Positions 48,612 to 58,200 of a stretch of 64,000 nt of DNA are shown here, piece by piece (position 1 is the first letter of the stretch; the number at the start of each line of letters is the position of its first letter). A program made the position numbers and the translations under genes. Origin of the DNA: Calditrichota bacterium (GTDB lineage: Bacteria > Calditrichota > Calditrichia > Calditrichales > J004); assembly GCA_024277115.1 (NCBI GenBank), contig JAJRVW010000044.1, positions 5,208 through 69,207 of the forward strand, given 5' to 3'. The notes under the pieces are model-generated. The model searched no databases and was not told where the DNA came from. It worked only from the letters and a program-made list of their open reading frames with translations.

Positions 48612-49921
48612 TGATTAATTTAAATTTAAAAAGACTCGTAACCGTTTTATGGATTTCATTTTCAATCCTTTCATTTTCACATGCCAACGACCTGATACCC
48701 GGCAAAAAACAGGAAAATCCCATTGCCCTGACCCATGCCAAAATTTTTACAGTTTCGGGCGAAATTATCGATGGTGGTACGCTGGTTTTCAATAATGGCA
48801 AGATTAGCGCATTGGGCGATAAAAGTGTTGCCATTCCGCAAAATGCCGAGGTATTTAACCTTGAAGGTAAACACGTTTATCCGGGGATAATTGCGGCTTA
48901 TTCCCAGCTTGGCCTTGTGGAAGTTGGCGCTGTACGGGCCACACGCGACTTTGCCGAAACCGGCACCTACAACCCCAATGCGCGGGCGGACATTGCCTAC
49001 AACCCCGATTCCGACATCACACCTACCGTGCGTTCCAACGGCATTACCAGCGCTTTAATTGCACCAATAGGCGGACGGATTTCCGGTATTTCCAGCCTGT
49101 TAAACCTGGATGCCTGGAACCGTGAAGACGCGACCATTTTAAAAAATGCAGGGATGCACCTGAACTGGCCAGGGATGACCATTATCAAAGCAAGCTGGAT
49201 GAAGGACCCGCCCAAAAAACAGCAGGAAAAGATTAACAAGAACCTAAAAGAAATTGAAGACTTTTTTAAGGAAGCCAAAGTTTATGCAATAGCCCGTAAA
49301 ACCAATCCGGATATAAAAATTGATATTCGTTTTGAGGCAATGGTCCCCATAATTGAGAGAAAAATACCGCTGATTATTGCGGCCAACGAGTATAAACAAA
49401 TCGATGCAGCCGTCGATTTTTGCAAACGCCATAATTTAAAAATGATTTTATTAAGCGGGATGGACGCATGGAAACTAACTGGCCTGCTAAAAGAAAATAA
49501 TATCCCGGTTATCCTGCGCCAAACGCACACTTTGCCCTTTCGCGAGGACGAGGATTATGACCTTGGCTTCAAGCATCCCGCCCTGTTACGCGCGGCCGGT
49601 GTAAAATTTTGCATTGCTAAAACGTCTTCGGCCAGTTGGGATATTCGTAACATCCCGTTTTATGCAGGGACAGCTGTAGCCCACGGACTTAGTAAAGCGG
49701 ATGCACTTAAAGCGATCACCTTATGGCCTGCGGAAATTTTTGGAGTGAATGATAAAATCGGTTCGCTTGAAGTTGGCAAGAACGCCACCTTGATCGTAAG
49801 CAGCGGCGATATTTTAGACATGCAAACCAGCAATGTGGAGATGATGTTTATCGATGGCCGCAAAGTGGATATTGATGATAAGCAAAAACGGATGTACAGG
49901 AAATATCAATCCCGGAAGTAA
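48611..49921 (+). CDS. Secreted amidohydrolase-family protein (partner of the preceding gene)
   Basis: The start overlaps the upstream stop (TAATG). Signal peptide present. The C-terminus GSLEVGKNATLIV...MFIDGRKV is typical of the amidohydrolase beta-sandwich. Confidence 0.7.
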   Translation: MINLNLKRLVTVLWISFSILSFSHANDLIPGKKQENPIALTHAKIFTVSGEIIDGGTLVFNNGKISALGDKSVAIPQNAEVFNLEGKHVYPGIIAAYSQLGLVEVGAVRATRDFAETGTYNPNARADIAYNPDSDITPTVRSNGITSALIAPIGGRISGISSLLNLDAWNREDATILKNAGMHLNWPGMTIIKASWMKDPPKKQQEKINKNLKEIEDFFKEAKVYAIARKTNPDIKIDIRFEAMVPIIERKIPLIIAANEYKQIDAAVDFCKRHNLKMILLSGMDAWKLTGLLKENNIPVILRQTHTLPFREDEDYDLGFKHPALLRAAGVKFCIAKTSSASWDIRNIPFYAGTAVAHGLSKADALKAITLWPAEIFGVNDKIGSLEVGKNATLIVSSGDILDMQTSNVEMMFIDGRKVDIDDKQKRMYRKYQSRK

Positions 49922-49974
49922 AAGTTCTATCCACAAAAGCTTTCAATATAGAACAATATTTTACAAGGACACTA

Positions 49975-50433
49975 ATGACAAACAATGATATTCTTCGCCG
50001 AATCCGTTACACTTTTGATTATAACGATTCAAAAATGATGGGCCTGTTTGGCGATAAAGCAACCCGTGCAGAGATCAGTGACTGGCTAAAAAAAGAAGAT
50101 GACCCTGCTTATAAAAGTTGCAGCGATGAAAAAATGGCTATTTTTCTCAATAATTTTATCACAGAAAAACGTGGCAAAAAAGATGGCCCGGAGCACGAGC
50201 CGGAAAAAACACTGAACAATAACATCATATTCCGAAAGTTGAAAATAGCCTTAAACCTTAAAGCCGAGGATGTTTTGGCCATCATGGACCTGGCCGATTT
50301 AAAAATGAGCAAGCATGAACTAAGCGCTTTTTTCCGTAAACCGGGGCACAAGCATTACCGCGAATACAAAGACCAAATTCTGCGTAATTTTCTAAAAGGG
50401 GTGCAGCTTCAATATCACGGTGAAAATAAATAA
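49975..50433 (+). CDS. DUF1456 (YehS-like) protein
   Basis: Collinear by eye with E. coli YehS: NNDILRRIRYTF, FLNNFITEKRGKK, LNNNIIFRKLKIALNLKAEDVLAIM and HKHYREYKDQILRNFLKG. Confidence 0.7.
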   Translation: MTNNDILRRIRYTFDYNDSKMMGLFGDKATRAEISDWLKKEDDPAYKSCSDEKMAIFLNNFITEKRGKKDGPEHEPEKTLNNNIIFRKLKIALNLKAEDVLAIMDLADLKMSKHELSAFFRKPGHKHYREYKDQILRNFLKGVQLQYHGENK

Positions 50434-50445
50434 CTTATTTGAACG

Positions 50446-50642
50446 TAAGTTTGATATAAAACTTTTACATTGAAAAAATTAATTTAACAATAAGAAAGGC
50501 AAATTAAACAACTCACCCCTGCACAGTTTCTACTGATTTTTAAATTTTTCAAGTCCCCTCTCTTTCAAGAGAGGGGATTTAGGGGTGAGTTCCAGAAAAA
50601 AAATCATACTAAAAATAAATGTTTTCTTTAGATCGAACTCAG
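50446..50642. mobile_element. MITE-like nested-palindrome element, copy B (~197 bp)
   Basis: Collinear with 30524-30719, with high identity by eye and a few indels. It has the same ACTCACCCCT...AGGGGTGAGT and GTCCCCTCTCTT..AAGAGAGGGGA hairpins. The left terminal repeat is partly degenerate (TAAGTTTGAT). Confidence 0.6.
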
Positions 50643-50662
50643 GCTATTTTAAAGGATAAAAA

Positions 50663-51118
50663 ATGCACAATTTTATTAGTTCCATTTTAACCATGCTATT
50701 TTTATCGTCCGTTGCCGTTTCGGGTGATGGAATGATCAATATTGAAAGCGCATTCAATGTAGCAACCACTGCGGACCGTTTGGAAAAAGTTTTAGAAAAG
50801 AAAGGGATGACCCTTTTTGCGCGTATTAACCACACACAAGGCGCGGAGAAAGTGGATTTGAAACTCCGCCCGACAATTATTATTATTTTTGGCAACCCCA
50901 AGGTGGGCACACCGCTGATGCAATGCAATCAAACTATCGCCATCGACCTGCCGCAAAAAGCGCTAATCTGGGAAGATGAAAAAGGACAGGTTTGGTTTTC
51001 CTACAATGACCCCAAATACCTGGCCCAAAGGCACGGGCTAAAAGGCTGTGATGAGATAATCAAAAAAATTGAAAAAGCCCTGGCAAATTTGGCCAAGGCT
51101 GCGACAAAAAAACAATGA
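50663..51118 (+). CDS. DUF302-domain protein with signal peptide
   Basis: FARINHTQGAEKVDLKLRPTIIIIFGNPKVGTPLM...AIDLPQKALIWEDEKGQVWFSYNDP is the DUF302 pattern. Confidence 0.7.
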   Translation: MHNFISSILTMLFLSSVAVSGDGMINIESAFNVATTADRLEKVLEKKGMTLFARINHTQGAEKVDLKLRPTIIIIFGNPKVGTPLMQCNQTIAIDLPQKALIWEDEKGQVWFSYNDPKYLAQRHGLKGCDEIIKKIEKALANLAKAATKKQ

Positions 51119-51190
51119 TATTTTTAGGGAACCTGAGATAAACTCAGGTTGACGAGTCCGCTATTTATCCTTCTAAAATAAAACCTGATT

Positions 51191-52633
51191 TTAATGATGG
51201 ACATAAACAGAGATTGCCAGGAAAATTGCCGCAACTACCATCAAAATTACAAAAAGCGGAAAAACAAAACGTAGCCATCTTTGGTAAGGGATTTTAGCCA
51301 GACTGAGCATTGCCATTAACACGCCCGACGTGGGGATGATTGTATTGGAAAAGCCATCGCCACAGGTAAAAGCAAAAACAGCCGTCGTGCGGCTAAGCCC
51401 CAACACATCAGAAAGGGGCGCCATAAGCGGCATGGTTACCGCCGCCTGCCCGGAACCGGACGGAATAAAAAAGTTAAGTATCGTCTGGAAAACCAGCATG
51501 CCCTGGGCGGCAAAAACATTATGGAAATTCTGTAACACCGAAGCGGCAGAATAGATAAGCGTATCCAAAATCTGGCCATCGGTTAAAACAACTTCTATCC
51601 CGCGGGCAAAGCCCACAACAAGCGCCGCGACAACCATTTCTTCCATACCTTTTACAAAAGCCTCAGCCGATTCTTTTAGGTTTAAACGGGCAATAAGCAT
51701 GGCAATGATCCCAATTAGGAAAAACCCACCGGCCATCTCATTAAGCCACCAACCCAGGCTGACGGTCGCATAAATTATAAACGCAAAGATTAGAGTACTG
51801 CTTATTAAAATCGCGATGTGTTTATTAGTGAGTTTTGCCTCGGCCTCATGCTCCAAAATTGTTTCTGCTTCAATATCTGCTACAAGTGATTTTGAAGGGT
51901 CTTTTTTGATTTTGGCACCATACCGCAACACATAAATTAAAGTGATGCTAAAAGCGACCAACGCAAATACAACCCGAAAAACCAGGTCATCGCCCATCGG
52001 CACTTCGGCAATCCCTTTTGCGATACCGACAGTAAAAGGATTCAATGTAGCCGAGGCAAAACCAATATCCGCTGCAAGCATAACCATGCACAAACCGTAA
52101 ATCCGGTCATAGCCCAGTTTATCGGAAGCGAGGATAAAGAGCGGGACCAACGGGATAAACTCTTCGCCCATACCCAAGGTAGAGCCGCCAAAAGCAATCG
52201 CAAACATTATAAAAGTTGTAAGCAAGGCCGCCGAATTCTTAAACAGGTTCATCATTGCCTGCATCACGGCTATTATTGTCCCGGTTTTTTGAAGCAGGCC
52301 AAAGACACCGCCCAAAATAAAAATAAAGAAAACAATATCTGCTGATTTTTCCAACCCCCGTGGAATGGCGCTGATAAAACCGGTGATACTTACGGGCGAC
52401 GCTTTGCCCTCTTCGGCATCGCCTAGAACAATACCTTTAATACTGATATGTTTTTCAGCCGCTTTATACGTGCCGGGCTTTACCACATTTCGGGTCAGGC
52501 CGCCCACTTCAATTTCCTCGCGTTCATACGATCCCGAAGGAATAACATAAGTGAGCAGGCTTAAAAAAAAGATGATAATTGTAAGCAGGGTAAAAACGTG
52601 TGGCATTTCCATTTTCTTTATTTTTTCAAGCAC
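51191..52633 (-). CDS. YfcC/DcuC-type anaerobic C4-dicarboxylate or amino-acid transporter family protein
   Basis: 480 aa with about 12 TM helices. The overall pattern (e.g. IPSGSGQAAVTMPLMAPL) is typical of the YfcC family. Confidence 0.7.
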   Translation of the reverse strand: MLEKIKKMEMPHVFTLLTIIIFFLSLLTYVIPSGSYEREEIEVGGLTRNVVKPGTYKAAEKHISIKGIVLGDAEEGKASPVSITGFISAIPRGLEKSADIVFFIFILGGVFGLLQKTGTIIAVMQAMMNLFKNSAALLTTFIMFAIAFGGSTLGMGEEFIPLVPLFILASDKLGYDRIYGLCMVMLAADIGFASATLNPFTVGIAKGIAEVPMGDDLVFRVVFALVAFSITLIYVLRYGAKIKKDPSKSLVADIEAETILEHEAEAKLTNKHIAILISSTLIFAFIIYATVSLGWWLNEMAGGFFLIGIIAMLIARLNLKESAEAFVKGMEEMVVAALVVGFARGIEVVLTDGQILDTLIYSAASVLQNFHNVFAAQGMLVFQTILNFFIPSGSGQAAVTMPLMAPLSDVLGLSRTTAVFAFTCGDGFSNTIIPTSGVLMAMLSLAKIPYQRWLRFVFPLFVILMVVAAIFLAISVYVHH

Positions 52634-52860
52634 AGCTTTCCTCCGGTTTCTAAATCCACGATGTATTTTATCGGGAGATTTTTTTTAATAATTGGGAATA
52701 GAGCTAATATACCGATCTGTAAAATATTTCCAAAATATTGTATCGGTATAAATGTAAAAACGAAATGAAAAACAGTCCATCATTTCTATTTTTAATAATT
52801 TATAGAAATATTAAAAGAGGAAAGGAAACAGGTTAAAACGGATTTTACAAAATAGTAAAT

Positions 52861-52986
52861 TTACTTTTTCTGTTGTCCGTCTTTCCCATCATCCTTCAAG
52901 GTTTTGATGGCATATAAAACAAACCAGATAAAATGGGCGATTACGACCACGACAATCAGGGTAATCCAAAATTTATTCAACATCAT
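52861..52986 (-). CDS. Possible 41-aa single-TM micro-protein
   Basis: MMLNKFWITLIVVVVIAHFIWFVLYAIKTLKDDGKDGQQKK. Its ATG overlaps the stop of the upstream membrane-protein gene (ATGATGTTGAATAA). It is below the ORF-track length cutoff. Confidence 0.3.
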   Translation of the reverse strand: MMLNKFWITLIVVVVIAHFIWFVLYAIKTLKDDGKDGQQKK

Positions 52987-53356
52987 TTTCGGGTTCCTTT
53001 TCTCCCCGTTCGGCGGCAAAGGCATGTACGGCAAGGGCAATAAAAGCGAGGGACAAGAGGGCCATTACAGCATGGGCGTATTCACTCAGGGCAACGGCTT
53101 CATCACCCGGAAAAATAATCGTAAAGATGCTTGTTATTGAAGTTATAAAAGCAATCAGGCTAACCGCCGTAGCGCCATGCCGGCCAAAAAGGGCGAGGTC
53201 TTGTTTCACGGACATAATGCCCATAATTAAAATAAACCCGGCAAAAACAATCGGGGTCATCAGAGAAATATCACGGATATTGGCAAAGTACTGAAAAACA
53301 AGGCTGTCAATTATTAACAAGGCAGCGTAGGCAAAGATAAGTTTTGGGAAATTCAT
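52973..53356 (-). CDS. Hypothetical small polytopic membrane protein
   Basis: About four TM helices counted from the start MNFPKLIFAYAALLII. I recognise no motif. Confidence 0.45.
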   Translation of the reverse strand: MNFPKLIFAYAALLIIDSLVFQYFANIRDISLMTPIVFAGFILIMGIMSVKQDLALFGRHGATAVSLIAFITSITSIFTIIFPGDEAVALSEYAHAVMALLSLAFIALAVHAFAAERGEKEPENDVE

Positions 53357-53598
53357 TTTTTTGGGGGTTAAATTAACAAGATGCCAATTTAACCAAATTA
53401 GCGTTGCTTTCAAATAGCTTTACTGCGGATTGGTCGTTTGCACTTATCAAGAAAAACCTGTACTTCATCCCGGGCAGAGAAGAGGAACACTTTTTTATTT
53501 AGACTCAATCTAAAAATATCATGTCCCGATGAATCGAGGATTTCGCAAAACACTCGACTCAAAAAACAACTCAGAATACCAGGGGAAAGCGCGCCTTG

Positions 53599-54378
53599 CT
53601 AAACCTCAATCTCGCCCTTTAAATAAAGCACCGTTTTGCCCCCTACTTCGGTACGGTCGCCCAAATCTTTGCAATAAAGCGTACCGCCCCGCTTGGAAAT
53701 TTGCCGGGCCACAAGTTCATCTTTTCCCAGCTCTTTGGCCCAATAATGGGTAAGGGTTGTATGGGTCGAGCCGGTAACCGGATCCTCGTTTATGCCGGCA
53801 TAAGGTGCAAAATAGCGCGAGACAAAATCATATTTTTTACCTGGCGCCGTGCAAATTACACCGGCATAGTTGATTCGGGAAAGTACCCGGAACTTTGGTT
53901 TTAAATCCCGGACTTCTTCGGGCGTTTCAAACACAGCGAGATAATTCATATCTTTTAATACTTTAACGGGCTTGGCATCCAGGCCTAAAACTAAATCTTC
54001 GGGCGTGGGCACCTCCTCGGGGAAGCGCGCCGGGAAATTCATTTTCATCATGTCGCCATCCTGCCCAACAGAAATACGGCCACTTTTAGTATAAAACCGA
54101 ATGTATTCATCTTTGTGATTAAAATAGTTGAATATGACATGGGCGCTTGCTAATGTTGCATGGCCGCATAATTCAACTTCCAGTGTTGGCGTAAACCACC
54201 TTAAATGATAGCCATCATCCTCTTTAACAAAAAATGCGGTCTCCGAAAGGTTATTCTCTGCGGCGATATGTTGCATCACGCTTTTATCAAGCCATTTTTC
54301 AAGTGGACAGACAGCCGCCGGGTTTCCGGAAAAAATTTTATCTGTAAACGCATCGATTTGATAAATTGGGATTTTCAT
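53599..54378 (-). CDS. PhzF-family isomerase
   Basis: IYQIDAFTDKIFSGNPAAV, NLSETAFF, ELCGHATLA and DPVTGS are PhzF signatures. Confidence 0.85.
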   Translation of the reverse strand: MKIPIYQIDAFTDKIFSGNPAAVCPLEKWLDKSVMQHIAAENNLSETAFFVKEDDGYHLRWFTPTLEVELCGHATLASAHVIFNYFNHKDEYIRFYTKSGRISVGQDGDMMKMNFPARFPEEVPTPEDLVLGLDAKPVKVLKDMNYLAVFETPEEVRDLKPKFRVLSRINYAGVICTAPGKKYDFVSRYFAPYAGINEDPVTGSTHTTLTHYWAKELGKDELVARQISKRGGTLYCKDLGDRTEVGGKTVLYLKGEIEV

Positions 54379-54499
54379 AATATTATACCTTTAAAAATTG
54401 AATATAAATTATTTGATAATCTTAAATAATTATCGATAATAATTAGCCCCACATAATCTTTTGACCATGAATTATTAAAACATTTAGCAGGAGGCCATT

Positions 54500-55162
54500 T
54501 TGAAAGTAATCAGCAAAGGGACTTTGTACCTTTTTACATTTTACCTTTTATTAAGCCCGTTCCCCACAACCCTTTTTGCACAGCAAAAAGCCAAACGGAT
54601 TGCCGTACTTGATTTACAGGGCGAAGGCGTGTCTAAATCGGCGGCAAAAACCTTAACCGACCGCCTGCGTTCCAAGTTGGTCAATACCGGCGTTTTCCAT
54701 GTTTTAGAGCGTGACCAAATGGATGAAATTTTGGGCGAACAGGGTTTTCAGCAAAGCGGCTGTGTATCGGACGAATGTTTGGTGGAAATTGGCCGCTTGG
54801 TTGGCGTGCAGCAAATGATTGGCGGCACCATTGGTAAAATCGGCCAGACCTATACGTTGGACCTGCGCATTATCGACGTGCAAACTGGGCGTATCCTTAA
54901 AACCGTCAGTGATGATTATCGCGGTGCCGCCGATGGCCTGCTTGGCATTTTAGAGGATGCAGCACAAAAAATTGCCGGAAAAAAATCTGTAAAAAAGAAA
55001 AAAGAGGACGATGGCGGCAGCACTTGGTATTACTGGGTTGGCGGTGGCGTTGTTATTGCCGGGGCAGCGGCAGCCATACTTTTGGGCGGCGATAAAGGCA
55101 GTGGCGGCGGAAGTGATTTACCGGGCATTAATGACGATGGGAATATTTGGCCTCCAAAATAA
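54500..55162 (+). CDS. CsgG/LpoB-fold-like periplasmic protein with a Gly-rich C-terminal TM segment
   Basis: TTG start 7 nt after AGGAGG, with a signal peptide. IAVLDLQGEGVS...LVNTGVFHVLERDQMDEILGEQGFQQSG...MIGGTIGKIGQTYTLDLRIIDVQTGRI resembles CsgG/TolB-N-like modules. C-terminus WYYWVGGGVVIAGAAAAILLGG. Confidence 0.45.
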   Translation: MKVISKGTLYLFTFYLLLSPFPTTLFAQQKAKRIAVLDLQGEGVSKSAAKTLTDRLRSKLVNTGVFHVLERDQMDEILGEQGFQQSGCVSDECLVEIGRLVGVQQMIGGTIGKIGQTYTLDLRIIDVQTGRILKTVSDDYRGAADGLLGILEDAAQKIAGKKSVKKKKEDDGGSTWYYWVGGGVVIAGAAAAILLGGDKGSGGGSDLPGINDDGNIWPPK

Positions 55163-55219
55163 AAGTTTGTATTTCTGAAGCTAATCCAAATTTTAGACTA
55201 TTTAAAAGGATTTATAAAA

Positions 55220-58200
55220 GTGAAAACAAAAACATTTATTCTAACACTTATCATCAACCTCTTTTTAATAAGCGGTTTTTTACACGCATACCAAATTTCA
55301 TTTAATGAGCAAAGTGTTGGCTTTACGGGCGTCTCCTATGGCGCAGCTGAGTTTGGTGATTTTGATGCCGATGGCGATCTGGACTTTCTGCTTTTTGGCC
55401 AGGGGGCCGAAGGCAATACCGGCCTGATTTATATAAACACCGGCAACAGCTTCGATGCCGATTCTGTTATTGCATTGGGCACAACGGCCTGGTCGGTTGA
55501 TGCCAAATGGTTCGATTATGACAATGATGGCGATTTGGATATTCTAATCTCGGGCGATTCTTTTGGCAGCTACACGCAAATTTTAGTGAACAACAACAAT
55601 ATTTTTGCCGAAGCGCCCCTTACCTTTTTTAATTTAAAATACTCTGCTGTTGATTGGGGCGATTATGATAATGACGGTGACCTGGATTTAATTTATACCG
55701 GATTGACCTCAACCGATTTTAGCAGGCCTATTAAAATCTATCTAAATAATGATCTTACTTTTGCTGACGCTGGCATTGAGCTTGACGGGGCGGAATATGG
55801 TGACCTGGAGTGGGTGGATTATGACAATGACGGCGATTTGGACATCTTTGTAACCGGCAGTAACGGTGGACGAAATTCAACCCTTTATAAAAAGGATGCC
55901 TCTGGTTATGTGGATACGGGGTTTAGTTTTCCCAACTATTTGAACGCTGCATCAGATTGGGGCGACTTTGACCAGGACGGCGATCTGGATTTGGTTGTCT
56001 GTGGAAATAAACCCGGACAGGAAACCGTGGTGTACCAAAATAATCAAACGGGTTTTGAGGTGTTTGCCACAAATCTTGTTGGTATTGAAAAAGGGGATGT
56101 AAAGTGGGCCGATTTTGACAATGACGGTGATCTGGATATTGTTTTAAGCGGTAATAGCGCCAGTGGCAATGTAACAAAAATTTATACAAACGATGGAAGC
56201 GCATTTACCGATGCAGGAGTTGCATTGGTGGGTCTAAAAAATACAGCTATCGCCGTGGGTGATTATGACAACGACCGTGATATGGATTTTATTTTATGCG
56301 GCTGGGATGTTAATGGCGATTATTTTACCCTGCTTTATTCTAATAATTCAGCAGATAAAAACAGTGCGCCTAACAGGCCGATAAACCTATCCCAATCGAC
56401 CGATGCAAACAATGTTATATTTGGCTGGGACGGTGCAGGAGATGACCAGACCGCATCTGCCGGGATCACTTTTAACTTACGTGTAGGGACAACACCGGGC
56501 GGCCAGGATATTATAGCCTCACACACTGTTCCCATCATAGAAAAATTTATGTTGAGCAAACGGGGGAACACAGCGCATAGATCCGGCTTTACGCTTAAAG
56601 GTGTCCAACCGGGAACATATTATTGGTCCGTTCAATCCATCGATAATAGTTTTGCTAATTCAGGCTTTGCACCCGAGCAGGTTTTCGAGGTAAGCGACCC
56701 ACCGGTAATTAAAATTACCCAACCCAATGGCGGCGAGATTTGGTCGAAAGACAGCACTTACAGTATCCAATGGACAGATAATATTTCCAATGATGTAAAA
56801 ATTGAATTATACAAAAGTGCGGCTTTTGATTCTGAAATCAGCGCTTCGACAGCCAGTGACGGTGAATTTGAATGGACCGTTCCCGCCGGCATAGCTAATG
56901 GGACAGATTACAAAATTAAAATTACAGATGTTTCCGATAACCTTGTGGCCGATGTAAGTGATAATGTATTTGAAATTAGCGGGATAATACCGTCTGTTAC
57001 CGTAACCAACCCCAACGGTGGCGAAGAGTTAGTCATTGGCTCGCAATATAATATTGAGTTTTCTTCAACACATACATCCGATTTTAAACTTGAGTACAGC
57101 ACAAATAACGGTACCGACTGGCTACAGATCACAGTTGTGAACAACTCATCAGGCAATTCCAGCCACTCCTGGACAGTTCCAAACGACCAATCCGATCAAT
57201 GCCTGCTAAAAGTGACCGATGTGAACGAAATATCGATTTCGGATATCAGCGATGCAAACTTTACTATTCGGGAGGCCAAGCAATTGACGATAGGCAGACC
57301 CAATGGTGGCGAGGTTTGGTCGAAAGACAGCACTTACAGTATCCAATGGACAGATAATATTTCCAATAATGTAAAAATTGAATTATACAAAGGTGCGGCT
57401 TTTAATTCTGAAATCAGCGCTTCGACTGCCAGTGATGGTGAATTTGAATGGACTGTTCCCGCCGGTATAGCCAATGGGACAGATTATAAAATTAAAATTA
57501 CAGATGTTTCCGATAACCTTGTGGCCGATATAAGTGATAATTTTTTCGAGATTAATGGGATCATACCTTCTGTTACCATCGCCAACCCCAACGGTGGTGA
57601 AAAATTAATCATTGGCTCACAATATAATATTGATTTTTCTTCTACCCATGAATCTGATTTTAAAATAGAATATCAGTGGGAACCGGGAACAAACTGGATA
57701 TTTCTCACAACGATAAACAACACATCTGGTAATTCGAGCTACTCTTGGACCATTCCCAATACACCATCTGTGAACTGCCAGGTAAAAGTATCGGATTTGA
57801 ATACCTCTACAATTTTCGATGAAAGCGATGCTGTTTTTACCATCCAGACTGGCCCGCTTTTAACCCTGAACCAACCCAACGGTGGAGAAAACCTTGTTGC
57901 GGGTGATGATTATAATATCCGTTGGACAAGTCGCGATGTGGCCAATATCAGTATTTTTTACAGTGTCAATGGCGGTGCTTCCTGGGCAGAGATTACCAAT
58001 TCTGTTCCTGCCGCAGACAGTGCACTTGTTTGGAGTATACCGAACACACCATCTACCCAGTGCCTCGTCCGTATTGAGGACAGGTCGGATAACAGTGTTC
58101 TCGACATTAGTGAAGCCGTGTTCGAGATATCCCCGCCGCCCTCGGATAATGACAACCCAAGGATTGGCGAACCGAATTACTCTGATGCTGAACCGATTAA

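Noticed and set aside
51130-51150. Hairpin AACCTGAG-ATAAA-CTCAGGTT between convergent genes, and weak AT-rich hairpins at 8408-8454, considered as terminators.
   Set aside because: The stems are short or AT-rich and there is no flanking U-run on either strand. They are plausible but too weak to list as features.
56723-57664. Possibility that the near-identical repeat pair is a DGR template/variable repeat pair.
   Set aside because: The differences between the copies are of all types (C/T, G/A, A/G, A/T) rather than confined to adenines. Both copies are in-frame parts of the same gene, and no reverse transcriptase is present in the window.
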